Part shown: piece after piece, positions 24,642 through 37,104 of the stretch
Layout of the letters: each line of letters opens with the position of its first letter
Position numbering within the stretch: position 1 is the stretch's first letter
DNA from: Marsupella aquatica
Lineage: Eukaryota; Plantae; Marchantiophyta
Direction of reading: 5' to 3'
Length of the DNA stretch: 64,000 nucleotides
Assembly (NCBI GenBank): GCA_973895155.1
Contig: OZ316897.1
Span: forward strand, 12,895,375-12,959,374
Translations under genes and position numbers: made by a program
The notes under the pieces: model-generated
The model's database searches: none
What the model was told of the DNA's origin: nothing
What the model saw: only the letters and a program-made list of their open reading frames with translations

Positions 24642-27600
24642 ATGTCTCAATCAGACACAGATTCACCTTCCAGTTCAGTTGAATCCTCTCCTAATCTTGT
24701 CGCTCGTTGTTTGCCAAGTCGCATACTTAAAGCTCTACCTCTCTCACAGCAAATAGTGCCCAAAATCTCTGACTCAGATTCTGATGCAAGTTCTGGTCCT
24801 GAGCCCAGTGCTTACTATGTGTCGCCTAGTAAACCTGAGAAGCGTCGTCTCTTGAGCGTTCCATCGCCAAGAAATGAGAAACTTTCAATCCTAGGTTTAG
24901 GTCCGAGACGTCGCTTCAGGCCATCCATCCCGGGTTATGGAGAGGGTATTCGGCGACCGATACGCGTATCGCAGTCGGCATTCAAGTCGCCACATTCAAC
25001 ACAAGTTCAACGACGGATCTTTCAGTCTCCGTGTGAGGATTGTTGAGCATAGACGACGATCGCAACGGCAAGCCCATGAACCATCCAACGCACAATAGTC
25101 GACACAAGAGATACGTGGTTCACCTCCTTGAGGCTACGTCCACGGGAACACACAAGAGAGCTTTACTGAACTCTAAGCCCGTCGGCTATACCGAGTCTCC
25201 ACAGTGTAAGCTCTCCCTATCTCTCAAGTGGCTCCATAACAATGAGCCTTGGTTCTACCTCTCCAAGCACACATGCCTCTTATGATATAGTGTGCAACTT
25301 AGTTGTACCTAACCACATAGTTGTACCTAATCACGTAGTTGTACCTAACCACATAGTTGTACCTAATCACGTAGTTGTACCTAACCACGTAGTTGTACCA
25401 ACCCACGTTGTTGTACCAACCACGTCATACCTAACCTAGACGTAAGAGTAAATACCCAACAAGGATCGGGACACAGAAATACAAAGACCGATATGGCGAT
25501 CGGTCTTTGCATTGCCTGGGCTGGATGTGCGAGCAAGCGAGGGAATCGGACTGCGAAGTCTAGACTCGGCCCTTTCTCGAATGGTCCATGGGAATCGTGG
25601 TGAACAAGTGCTCAATTTTCCAACAGCTCGCGGAGTCGTTGGGACTGCACGTGCGAATCGAGAATCTCCAAGTTCTCAAGGGCGGACTATTGGTTCCAGG
25701 CTCCAAGTATCGAGGAGAGGTCTTAGTGGCGTTCGGGTTATGTATAGAGAGCCACGGAGTCCAATTGTGTTTTCAGATGAGTCGAGTGCATCGGAGGACG
25801 AAGATGAGGAAGGAGATAGAGAATCCGATATAATAGCACAAGTTGTGTCTGAATGTTTAGAAGGAGCTGTCGAAGAGAATAGCTATAGTCGTCTATTCAG
25901 TGCCCCTCTAAATGCGTCAAGGAGATCTATAGAGGATGGTAGCTCAGCAGAGAGTGATGCATCTATTCGTGAGGCACCTGAAGGACCCAAAAATGCCAAT
26001 GTTATGAACGGATTTCAGGTTGTAGAGAAGTCAAATGAGCCTAGTAAAAAAGATAGGGACCGAATTACTAGGAAAGACAATGTGATAAATGACAAATTGA
26101 ATAGAAACAAAATGAGAGAAATTCATAAGTATTCGTGTTGTGATAATTACTGTCTGCGGAATTTGGGTCTTATTGCCGTGACGAAACAATGCACTTATTA
26201 CTATGGGCTATCCTACCCAGAGAAGAACGTCCTTCTAAGAGGATGTGTGAAGGGTGGGCATGCTGGTGCAAGTGGTTACTCAGTTAGCGGTAGATCCTTT
26301 TGTCGAAGTGGTTTTAAGAAATTATTTTCACTAGGAAATAATCGTCTCCAAAAAATCTCGCAGAACATGTTTTCTCGGATACATATCGGTACAGTTTGTC
26401 GAGAAAAATCACCCGCACATCTTGGTCTCGTCCAATGGCTGGATGATTTTTTTTCCACAAATGTCGAGAGTCTCCCCAACAAGGATATCTTTCATTTACC
26501 TGACAATTGGACAAAAACAGAAGTTTTTGATGCCTTCCAGTCCGAAACTCTAATGCGCCAAGAACAAGGCATGACATATTCGTGGTTTGTTCGCATTTGG
26601 AACAAGGAGTTTCCTCGCGTGCGCATCCCCAAAAGGAGCCGTTTCTCCACTTGCGCCCCGTGTACTGAATTCAAAGCTCTCCGTGACAAGGCAACACTCG
26701 AAGCAGAAAAGAGTAAGTTTCTAAACCTGTGTGTTACTCCCGATAATTTTATCGGGTTGAGTATTCATGTGCTTCTTCTTTGGCCATGTGAGTGAATATA
26801 TCGTTTGAACAGTTTGAATATTGAACCTGATAAATTTATCGCTGTCAAAGTTTTTCATTACGGTCTTGTGTTTGAATACTGAACCCAATAAATTTATTGT
26901 TGTCAGTGTTTATCATTACGGTCTCGTGTTTGAATACTGAACCCGATAAATTTATCGCTGTCAGGGTTCAACATTGCGGTTATCATGTTTTGTCCTAAAC
27001 ATTTTTATTATTGTAGGAAAATTCTCAACATTGCTAAACGAGCATCGGAAGGCACAAGCAGTCGAGAGGGAGAAGTTAGCAAAGCACCGGAGCAAATGTT
27101 ACAAGAGTCCGGAGAAATATTTGGGCATCTGTATTGATGGAATGGATCAAAAGAAGACAGAGTTACCTCATTTCATTCGGAGTCCGAAGAATATGGATGA
27201 AAAGTATTTCATCCCCGTACACGTAGTGGGTTGTTTGATCTTCAACAAACAATTAAGTTCAAATGTTTTTTTGAACTATCCTAATATTCACAATGATAGC
27301 AACCTGACCATCCACGTTATCCAGCATATTCTGAATACTTGGGAAGGTCTGCTCTCTCCAGTGCTTTACCTCCAGCTTGATAACACAGCTCGGGAAAACA
27401 AGAATAAATATCTTATGGCATATTTGAATATGTTGGTGGAGATAGGTGTTTTCCAGAAAATAAAGGTTGGTTTCCTATTGGTGGGGCACACCCATGATCA
27501 AATTGATCAAATGTTTAGCAAGTTTTCTTCAAAATTGAACAAGCGGAAAGCTTTCCGGTTGGACACTCTTTCAGCAATCATAGAGGAATCCTACAATCCT

Positions 27601-28626
27601 ACGACAAAGATATTTTTCGTCGATGAGGTTGCCGATTTCAAGAAATTTGTGTCAGACAAGGGTCAAGCAAATGACAAGGATATGGATGGTCAGGTTCTAC
27701 GTACTCTCCACGGCATAAGTGCTCAAAAACAATTTCGGATTACTAGAGTACTCGAAGATGGAAGTGCTCGGTCCGTATTCCATGCCAAACATCTTTCAAC
27801 GACAATCGATTGGGGGGAGACGGTGGATTTTGTTTGGTACATTCCATCATCTGGAATGTGGGTCGCACCACAAATGGCATTGAAGTCAGCCACGGGAGCG
27901 ACAGGAGACAATGAAGAGCAAGAGAATGATGCTGAGGAACAAGATGAGCGGGCGGCTCAAAGTTATTTGTCAACTCTTCAAAAATATCGAAGAGCAATTT
28001 AAGATGGATTCAATTACTTTGACGACGCAGATCGTCTATGGTGGGGTCGTTTTTTTGACAAACAAAAAGAAGTGATTCAGCACCACCTGAAACCTGCACA
28101 ATGGAGTTTTGATTGGAGTTGGCCCAAGGTAAACGTACAGAGAGAACTTCCGAGTAATCCTACGAAAGCAGCAATGGAACCTAGCTTGGTTGATAAAGTA
28201 GCGGGTGTGAGGACAGTCATGTATTCCGGAAGTCGAAGAAAAGTCACGGAAATTGGAGACTTCAAGGATCTAGAGGAGAATACTAAATTTGCAATGATAT
28301 GTGTAGCAGCCCATCAGGATCCCAAGGGAAGACCATTCTGGATGGCAAAAGTGACTGAGATTCTCACAAGAATTAACGACATCCTGGAGCGGATTAAAAT
28401 CACTTGGTATGCAATGGATTCGGAGGAAGAGTCTGCAATTGAAGGCAGATATTATCCGGAGAAAGAGGCTTCGTCTAGCAAAGTACTGGAGGATGAATTG
28501 TCCCTATCAGAAACTGCCGTTTATGCGTATAACTTTGCGTTATTGGCAAATAGTACTCTCCCTATACAAACAAGACGAATCATTCAAAATGCAATGGAGA
28601 CTGTAGTCGTTGATAGTCGAAGCTAG
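24642..28626 (+). pseudogene. Element B transposase (DDD, DUF7869/Sola-like); intron 26713-27016; in-frame TAA at 28000-28002; low-complexity N-terminus disrupted and its start uncertain
   Basis: CCDNYC..FCRSGF; FSTCAPCTEFK; GT-AG intron joins in phase 1 (AEK-R-KFS); CIDGMDQ; LQLDNTARENKN; FLLVGHTHDQIDQMFS; same frame continues past the TAA into a PFWMAKV..WY C-terminal domain; TATAAAAG at 24491. Confidence 0.88.
25302..25425 (+). repeat. 18-bp minisatellite, ~7 copies
   Basis: GTTGTACCTAA(C/T)CAC(A/G)TA units (VVPNHI/V in frame). Confidence 0.92.
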
Positions 28627-28933
28627 TTTCAGGTTTAAGTTATAATGGTTATCGTTCCCATGAATATGTACAGTGGTTATCGTTCTGGGACTATGTACTC
28701 CGCAGCTATAATGATATCTTTTTTTTAAATAATTGCAATGACAAACCAGTTAGAGAATACAATGCTGTCCGATAAGATTATCGACAACACCGCGACAGTC
28801 CGATATATGCAAAGTCCGATAAATTTATCGCATTAATAAATGTGACAAAGGTTCTTCCTCATGGAATACAAAAGTCGATAAATTTATCGACAACTTCATT
28901 GGTGATTGACATTATCCTAACGAGCACACGCAA

Positions 28934-31900
28934 CTAATCTAATAACATGTCGTTGAGATCATCCTCATTTGGTGTTTTGGGAGGCTCTTCCTCAGTTTCT
29001 TCTTGTTCCTCTTCGGTCTCCTTCACGACCTCAACTACGTAAGTCGATGTCCTGAGTACACCCAATTGGCCTGCAATTGGTGGTTGAATCTCATGACCTT
29101 CAACGTCGTGCCCTTCAATCTGGGATTCTTCATATAAATTCCAGTTTGACTCCAGAATCATGATCCGGGATTTTACAAAACCAATCTGCGCAGAACTCTT
29201 ATCAACAGCACAACCCTGGCGAGAATTGAGGAGCGTAGCAGCTAATGTCGATCCGGTTCCACAACAAAGATCAATAACCCAATCCTCTTTCTCAGAGAAA
29301 TGGGAAACAAACCAAGCCCCTAAACCAACAGGCTTCTGATATGGGTTCACAACAAATCCCAACGGATCAACGGACTTCTTGGTTACACATGGAACCTTGA
29401 TGATATTGACGCGAGACTCATCCGGTTGGAAATTGTACATGTTCATGTTCCAAATGCCTTCCTCGCTATAGAAACCTATCGACCAGTTCTCAAAACCCCA
29501 CGCCAATCGAGCTCCAGCGGGACGCTCATGAATGTTAGTCTTCTCCCAGATTCCAGCCTCGACCCCACAGTTGCATACACTCTCCAGTGCAGACATCACC
29601 ATATGCATTTGTTGTAGTGAATGGATCACAACAAACCTCCACTGCTTAGCGGTCGTCATCTTTGAGAAACTTGTCAACATGTCTAAAATGTCCTTTTCTG
29701 TGAAGGCCACTTCATCAAACTCCAAACTAGGAGCATTAAAACCATACGGAATATCCGCAACCGCAAGGGTGTAAGCCCTTGGCTGAACAAAAGAATCCAA
29801 AATTCCGAACATCACCAACATGGAGATAGTAGGGAAAAGAATCCCCGTCTGCATTTTTCCATGTTTGTTCAAACGCTTCTGCTGTGCCCTCGCCTAAGGA
29901 CCTCAGCCGATTGTACTTATCGATTGCAGCAAGCACAAAATTCTTAAACACATAAGGGATTTCAGCTGAGGGAACAATAACCTCCCCCGCAGAATTATAA
30001 GTGACAGCCGGAACCACTTTGCTTTTCCTTTTTGAATTAATCTTCAGCTGTAAGAATGTCAGACACATCTACAGTTAGAATAGCGTGAGATGAATGCTAA
30101 AGCCGATAAAAATCTCGCGATGGAGCACGCTAGCCAATAGATGGAATCGCTTAGAAACATACAAAGGAATGCTAAAGCCGATAAAAATCTCGCGATGGAG
30201 CACGCTAGCCAATAGATGGAATCGCTTAGAAACCAACAAAGGAATGCTAAAGCCGATAAAAATCTCGCGATGGAGCACCCTAGTTGATAGATGCAATCGC
30301 TTAGAAACCAACAAAGGAATGCTAAAGCCGATAAAAATCTCGCGATAGAGCATGTTGTGTGAGGAATGCTTACCGCGTCACTCAATTTCTCCGCCCATAT
30401 GCCAAGGACCGAGACATTTGTTTCGTTGGGAAACATTTCTATGCATGTTGCCCAATCTGGCTGACCAGATATCTGCAAAAATAGTTTCTTCACCTTGGCA
30501 AGCTTTTTCAACTTCTCACCTTCCTTGTGCATTTGATCCAAAGTGATCACCTTCCCGATAACCCTATTCAAGAGACGCTTGACATGCTCTTTATTTGACA
30601 GTCCTTGGAGACCTCGAAATGAATTTAAGTTGAGGTCACCAGCAAGTTTATTCATTTTAATCTCCCTTACCGTCAAAGGTTTTACCTTTCCCTTTGCGTT
30701 CGTCGTTGCCACAATTTTTTTGGTTTGTCCTAAGACAATACCTTTCTCCCACATCTGGAAAATCTTCTCCTGAAGATCCCAAATTTCACCTATTCGGAAA
30801 GCAATTTGGAAAGCCGGATCATGTTTGGCCATGGAGTCATGAACTCCTGGCGTGTACTCCATCATGCATTCTTGACAACATGCTTCGCGGACATCTTTAG
30901 TCGAGCCCACACCCATTTCAAGGAAAATATTGTGACGAGCGCGAACTTGGTCAATTTTAGTCATGTTCTTCCGATACTCCTGGTCATAGTTATGCTGGAA
31001 GCCTAACTTTCGGACCTCGGATCTCGTAAGCCCAGCGTAAACCCAAGCTTCCAGCTCACCATATATTTGCTTCCCGTACATTTTAAACAACTCGGACTCT
31101 GCCCGAGCACCATGATTCCCTCCAATAATTCTATACTTCCATACCCTTGACTTCAGGATGTCCCAATCTGCGGTTGTGGGACAATCCTTTGGATCCACAC
31201 ACAGCGCAAACGGGGCACTGAAGTTGGTGGGGTTTTTCATGAGAAGTATCTTGATATTTTCCACATGCAATCTATCCACTGGTCTAATCAAAGTTGACAA
31301 ATCCCCCTCCTCATCAAATATGAGATTGTCGACATGCAGAAGCACAGTTGTCCTTTGCACCCTTCGTTGCATCAGAAGACTGAGCTCTGCCTTGATCGCG
31401 TCCGTCTCATACATTGAAAGAGCCATCTCCTCCTCCTGATCAGCCTACAAAAGCGTTGCAAATTCAATTAAGGAAAGAAACTGCGAGATTTTTATCGGAG
31501 TTTGCATTTGTTCAACATAACTCCACAATCCGCAATTCAGGAAATAAACAACGAGATTTTTATAGGATTTCGTGTTTGTTAAACAGTACAACGACGTAGT
31601 ACTTACCAATGGCGCCGCAGGAACCGCGACTGGAACTGATGGAATTGACGGAGCTCTATCTACTTCTGCAGCCACTGTCTCAGTCCAGCCAGTCCTCTTC
31701 CTCTTTGTGCTAAGTCCAGAACCAGATGGCCCGGATCCCTCGGATCCTTTACTTTCGCTTGGTTTAACGGATGGTCCTCGATGGTTGCCCCGGCCTCTCC
31801 CACTACCGCCAGTTTCCTGGCTCTTCTTCCCACCGTTAGAGGTTCCCGCGACATCTCCCCTGCCGCTACCTCTCCCTTTCCCTCTTCCACTTCCCGAAAC

Positions 31901-32575
31901 CCGACCAGAAGTTGTAGGTTCGTCCACGTCAATATGTGTAGAGGATTGCAATGGTTCTTTCCGCCCCGATATTTTATCGGCATTAGAACCACCGCTGCCA
32001 CTTGAACCTGGTTTCTTGAAAACAATTTTGCGGACAGGTTTGAACTCTTCACCCACAAGTCTCTTGTACTCTGCGTTCACCCTTGGAAGCATGATGGCAT
32101 CACAATCTTGCACATACTGGCCGATCCAAGCCGAACCCATAACATTCATCTCTCTTGCTGCCCGAACATCGGCAACAAGGGGATCTTCTGGATAACTGTC
32201 CATCGATTTCTCATCAAAGTTATCGAGAGTAACAATGAGAGATGTGAAACCCTTGCGCCCACACATTGTCAAGAAACTAAGGCCCTCTGTCAACACTTTT
32301 CCCTCCCCGTGGCCAACCATGAACTCGACGACGGCAACAGCAATGACAGGGCCATACGAAACATTAACCTTCGTCGATTTTTGCAACTGGACCCAAAGGA
32401 TTGGGGTAGCACAGTCTTCGAAACCCGTGGACTGTAATCTGGCGTCACGGAAGTACCATGACTTCTTGATACACTTGACCTCTTCACAAATGTCTTCACT
32501 TGTCCAAATTGCATTGGTGAGGCTTGTCATGAGACTTTCTGCCTCAGCAGATCCACTCTTTCCACTAGCAGCCAT
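28934..32575 (-). pseudogene. Element B ParB/Srx-like + beta-class amino-DNA-methyltransferase (N6_N4_Mtase-like) fusion, ~1,050 aa; exons 32575-31607, 31444-30374, 30047-28934; a single +1 frameshift at the A-run 29799-29802
   Basis: Both introns are GT-AG in phase 0; IRPVDRLHVENIK..YRIIGGNHGARA (ParB-like); LHVGDVR, LAVADIPYG (motif IV), WEK, NPYQKP (X), VIDLCCGTGST (I), CAVDKS (II) in beta order; acidic tail. Confidence 0.85.
30092..30352. repeat. 75-bp intronic tandem repeat (~3.5 copies), each with CGATAAAAATCTCG
   Basis: GAATGCTAAAGCCGATAAAAATCTCGCGAT at 30092, 30167, 30242 and 30317, inside intron 30048-30373. Confidence 0.93.
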
Positions 32576-32795
32576 GGAAAAGTCTGCAAATAAACAAATT
32601 CCAATGCAAAGAGCGATAAAATTATTGCCGCCAATCTCACAGCACATGTGGACACGACATCTCATCACACAAGGACAAAGAGACCGATAAAATTATCACA
32701 AAAGTGAGCCTTCTTTAAATTGACGGCCGAGTGTACAGGTCGAAGAATCAGCTACGGAACCCTAAATCCAAAACCTTAACCCCTAAACCTAAACC

Positions 32796-33509
32796 CTAAT
32801 CATAGTTGAACCTCGCCAGAGCGAAGCGTTCGATCCGTTTCTTGGGCCATTGGGGAATATGAGTGACGCGATGATCATAAGCCCACAGCCAATGGAAATC
32901 AACTTCACCAGTCTCAGGATTCACTACTGCTACTGAATACCGGCGTGACGGAATGTCACAACAAGCATTTGTGCAGCATGGACAGATCTCACCATTGGCA
33001 AGGACGTTCGTCCACAGGCAACTTACATAGATCAAGTTAAAGAGCCCACAGACCGGCTGGGGGGGGAGTTGACGAATCTTGTATGAATATAGTTTCCCAC
33101 CAGTGTCAATAAAAAACTCGGTGGCAAGAGGATTGTCCAGCTCGTCAATCACATCCTGAATCTCATCGAATGCTCTATGTCTGTTGTCGGCATAGAATTC
33201 TGGCTCATAAGCAGGATTGCCCTTCACAACATGACAGCAGTGGAGTATAAAATGTCTTATTGCACCGGTTTTCAGAAAGAGTAGGATAACTCTTCTAGAA
33301 AATCCAACATATCTATCCCACCGAATATAAAATTCTCCCCCTACCTGATCTATGTAGAAGTGAAATGCGTTATGGTAAAACGGTTTTACTACCAGCCTGC
33401 ATATCTTTAAAATTAGTGACTCATCCAGCCTCCTTAGCTGGTCCAGCATGGCTCCATTCCCCCATTCTGGAGGATTCGGGTAGGGTACAAAAATGCGTCG
33501 CTTGAGCAT
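32796..33509 (-). CDS. Element B cargo ORF, 237 aa, function unknown; weak F-box-like N-terminal motif and Cys cluster
   Basis: Uninterrupted ATG-to-stop ORF of globular composition; LRRLDESLILKICRLV; CPCCTNACC. Confidence 0.6.
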   Translation of the reverse strand: MLKRRIFVPYPNPPEWGNGAMLDQLRRLDESLILKICRLVVKPFYHNAFHFYIDQVGGEFYIRWDRYVGFSRRVILLFLKTGAIRHFILHCCHVVKGNPAYEPEFYADNRHRAFDEIQDVIDELDNPLATEFFIDTGGKLYSYKIRQLPPQPVCGLFNLIYVSCLWTNVLANGEICPCCTNACCDIPSRRYSVAVVNPETGEVDFHWLWAYDHRVTHIPQWPKKRIERFALARFNYD

Positions 33510-33897
33510 GGCCTGATCACCGAATAGAAATCAGGAATAAATTTTGGAGAACATACTAATTACAATTCTACAAGTTTCATCCAACTTTACAGTACCTTGT
33601 ATAACGGGCTGTGAAGCCAATGCACTTGTCAGCTAATCGTCCGAAGAGGCGCAAAAAAATACACTCTGGACCACACAACCCAAAGTCAGGGGAGGCAGAG
33701 TCAATTATATTCAAAGTGTTTCTTTAAGTCGCGACTACAACTTTCACCTACTCGTAATTGCTCCGGCGTTGCCTAACTCCAGCGTTGAGCCCCTCTTAGA
33801 TTTGCTACCATCATGGCCATTAGGGATGCAACTAAAAAAAGGAGGCTAGTAAGATCAAGGACAAGACTTGAGAAAAGCGCGCTCCACTTAACTTTAT

Positions 33898-34360
33898 TGG
33901 GCCCATTGCCGATCACGGAAATATGAACTATTTTTCTGACGGATCACCATAGGGGCCCAAGAAGCCCCACATGAGCCCGATCATGGGGCCGCATATTTCT
34001 CGGCCAACGGACCCAGGGGCCAAAAGTTATGGCCGACTCAAGCCGCATGCTTGTAGTTTGGGCCCGTTGCCGATCATGGAAAAATAAACTATTTTTCCAA
34101 TGGATCACCATAGGGGCCCGAGAAGCCCCACATGAGCCCGATCATGGGGCCGCATATTTCTCGGCCAACGGACCCAGGGGCCAAAAGTTATGGCCGATTC
34201 AAGCCCCATGCTTGTAGTTTGGGCCCGTTGCCGATCACGGAAAAATGAACTATTTTTCCAACGGATCACCATAGGGGCCTGAGAAGCCCCACATGAGCCC
34301 AATCATGGGGCCGCATATTTTTTGGCCAACGGATCTAGGGGCCAAAAGTTATGGCCGATT
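33898..34360. repeat. 161-bp tandem repeat (~3 copies)
   Basis: GGGCCC(A/G)TTGCCGATCA at 33899, 34060 and 34221. Confidence 0.92.
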
Positions 34361-35564
34361 TAGACTCGATTAGAGTCGCCGCGCATCGATGGACCAAGAA
34401 GGGGTTGCCTGGACCAGGGGGGTTGCCTGGACCAGAGCGGGGTTAGGGCCGTAACTTTTAGCCCCTTATGCCACAATTTGCGCTCAAGGCCAAGTTACAG
34501 AAGGTTTTCAATTATCTTCGTTTCGAGCTAAGTGGCGGGGCCCACGGACCCTCGGGTAGGGGGCCAAAGATAGGGGACCAAAGCTGGTCCGGGGGTGGCA
34601 GGTCCCCAGAAGCATATATGAGGGGAGTGGTCCTCTCAAGTTTGAGCTCGAGCTGATCGCGATCAACGAAGATACGTCGTTTCGAGTTTTGAAGCGGAAA
34701 CAAACATAACTCGACGACCGGATCTCCGTTGGGGGAGTTCTTGGGCTCGTTGGAAAGCTAATGAAGAAAGCTACCTCGTGGTGCTCTCTGATTGTGCATT
34801 GGATGATTTTGGTTTTGAGGCTTGCAATGGGGGGAGTCCCTCTTGCCGATCCGAAGTCGAACAGTGACCAAACCGCATTTGGTTCCCATGGGGACCTGAT
34901 GTTGGAGAGGTAGAACCAAGTAGACTTTGGGGGCTGCCATTGAGATCTGGTCCCGATGCATGGTGAGAGGTTGAGCTTCAGTTTCTAGAATGGTCCCGGC
35001 GTGTTACTACTAGTTTGTGACAAACTGAGTTTGGGCCATGGGCATGTCCTGGAGGCAGGGCGGTCAGCCATTGACGGGTATAAAGTGGGGAAGCTTGGGC
35101 GACATCCGGTAGATAGACTGTTCTGGACGAACAGTGATGTCGACCTTAGTTTCAGCTTATGGCAAGGCCATGCGGGCCTGGGAGGCTCTATCCGCTGACC
35201 TACTTACTAACGACTGTTGAGCTTGAGGCAAGACAAGGGTCTTGGGAGTTCCGAGATCAAGACAAGTTCTTACCGGTTGGTTGGTTGCTTGTGCAGATAG
35301 CAAAGACCGTTGAGCGACGGTTGTGCTGACGAGGGCAAGTGCGGCTTCGTATGGGAGGGGTCGCTGACGACAAGGAGTATAGTCGGGGAGAACTTGCCCC
35401 AACATTCCGTGTTAGTGCAAGGTTCGACTTGTTTCAAGGCTGAGAAACGAGTTTGGACGGGCACGTGGTGGGAGGGCCACCACTCTTTACAAGCACCCAA
35501 AATCGACTAGAGGAATGAGGAGTGCGATAAATTTATCGGATGTTCGCAGCAATGCCTCATCCAC

Positions 35565-36113
35565 TCAGACTCGTCCATGCCATGCAAGAATTGTCCGCTT
35601 CCCGCTTTCTCCAAGATTTATCAAAACTCTACGAAATTGATCTAACTGCTCATACGAAAAGCACCCAAGCATATCTATGGGAGGGAGGAAATGAGTTTCC
35701 TCTCGAAAGACCCTAGCAATATATAGGCTTGAGAGAAGGTCGGCATTAGGAATGCTTGCGAGCATTTTGTTTATGTCATTGATCTCACGGACTGCATAGT
35801 TCAATAGCGCCCAAAATCGTGTACCAACAACAAGATGGTTCCATTTCTTCGAGGTGGCTCCAAGACAAATGATTGTTCTCATTCGAGTCGGTCGTTCTTC
35901 TGGTAGAAGTTTTAGGTCAAGGCCAAGGTGTTCATCTTGTGTGCAAGACAAGGCTAGGAGGGGCCAAATATGAGATTCAACGAGTTCATCGGGAAGTCCA
36001 TTAAAAAAACTTCCGCATTCCACACCAGGCACTTTTCCTCGAATATATTTCCTACGCTTGTGGGCTAAAACGGATCCCATCTTTGCAACGATTAGATTCT
36101 CCGATGCAGCCAT
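35565..36113 (-). CDS. Element B cargo ORF, 182 aa, F-box-like protein
   Basis: FFNGLPDELVESHIWPLL ... LGATSKKWNHLV matches a split F-box consensus; basic KRRK segment. Confidence 0.65.
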   Translation of the reverse strand: MAASENLIVAKMGSVLAHKRRKYIRGKVPGVECGSFFNGLPDELVESHIWPLLALSCTQDEHLGLDLKLLPEERPTRMRTIICLGATSKKWNHLVVGTRFWALLNYAVREINDINKMLASIPNADLLSSLYIARVFREETHFLPPIDMLGCFSYEQLDQFRRVLINLGESGKRTILAWHGRV

Positions 36114-36772
36114 GAAGCAGAGCTACCAAAACCACCAATAAAAATACCTTCAATCACCAGGTGTAACCAAACACATCCACAGTACCAACCCTGCACGACA
36201 GTTTAACGATTAGGACTCGTGACATATTATATTCGCTGCGCAAGGGTAGGGACTTGTTTATTTAAATGTGTCCTTCCAAGACGCGCCTCAATGAAAAGGT
36301 CGAAACACTCATCGTGAAAGGTTCACCTAAGGGTCTTCGTTCCAAATCTTACAACAGAAGTGAGCCTGTTTGTGGTACTTGTTGTCAAGACGACGACAAC
36401 AATAGTTACAAGAAAACTCCAAAGAATGTAAACACGCCGTTAACATCAACCTCGAACAAATTGGAACTCCTGCATCATTCATTCCGCAGAATTCAATGCG
36501 AAGAGGATTCTGCCTATCTCCAGGATCAGTACCACCCATCCACAATGCTCCTATACCGATGGGGAGAACTTTGAGTCGCACGAGTCTCTTGTACAACCGG
36601 TGTGCACGTTTGACACGATTTTCAAGGAAGACAGCCATTTGTCACAATACCTGTTGTCCACGGAGTGCAATCGACCTTCCGTTGTGCCTCCTAAACCCGG
36701 CAACACTGCGACATCAGAGATGAAGATGAGTCTCCAAACAAAACAAAGGAAAATGATTCTCACAGGAGGATG

Positions 36773-37104
36773 CGATAAGTTTATCGCACTCCGCATTCGA
36801 ATTGAAAATATGACTTCCTCAGACACCTAACCCCTGAATTCAATCTTTCACAAAAATGACAACTCCGATAAATTTATCGGATTCTCAATTACTCCTCTTT
36901 CCATGAAAGGAATGAAGACTCCGATAAATTTATCGGAATGAAGGCAACACCTCTCTAAACACTGGATCAAATGATTGCAACAGAGGAATGCAAAATGCGA
37001 TAAATTTATCGCAGTCCGCTCGGATCTGGACATTTTACACTAAATGACTAGTTAGTCTTACATGGAGAACTTGAACAGGAATGGTTGTTCCGATAAATTT
37101 ATCG
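36773..37104. promoter_or_regulatory. Cluster of B-type palindromes CGATAAATTTATCG
   Basis: Copies at 36773 (1 mismatch), 36866, 36922, 36998 and 37091; function inferred only. Confidence 0.6.

Noticed and set aside
30092-30352. Regularly spaced repeats as a CRISPR array (also 25302-25425 and 33898-34360)
   Set aside because: Whole units repeat with no unique spacers, there are no cas genes, and the context is eukaryotic.
28934-32575. ParB-MTase as bacterial contamination or a prophage
   Set aside because: It has in-phase spliceosomal introns and lies inside TIR/TSD boundaries among plant-type elements.
31572-32690. Plus-strand ORFs of 207 and 151 aa
   Set aside because: Antisense shadows of the Gly/Ser-rich exon 1 of the element B gene.
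32760-32800. AAACCCTA-like repeats as an interstitial telomere
   Set aside because: Few and degenerate; better explained as promoter telo-boxes.
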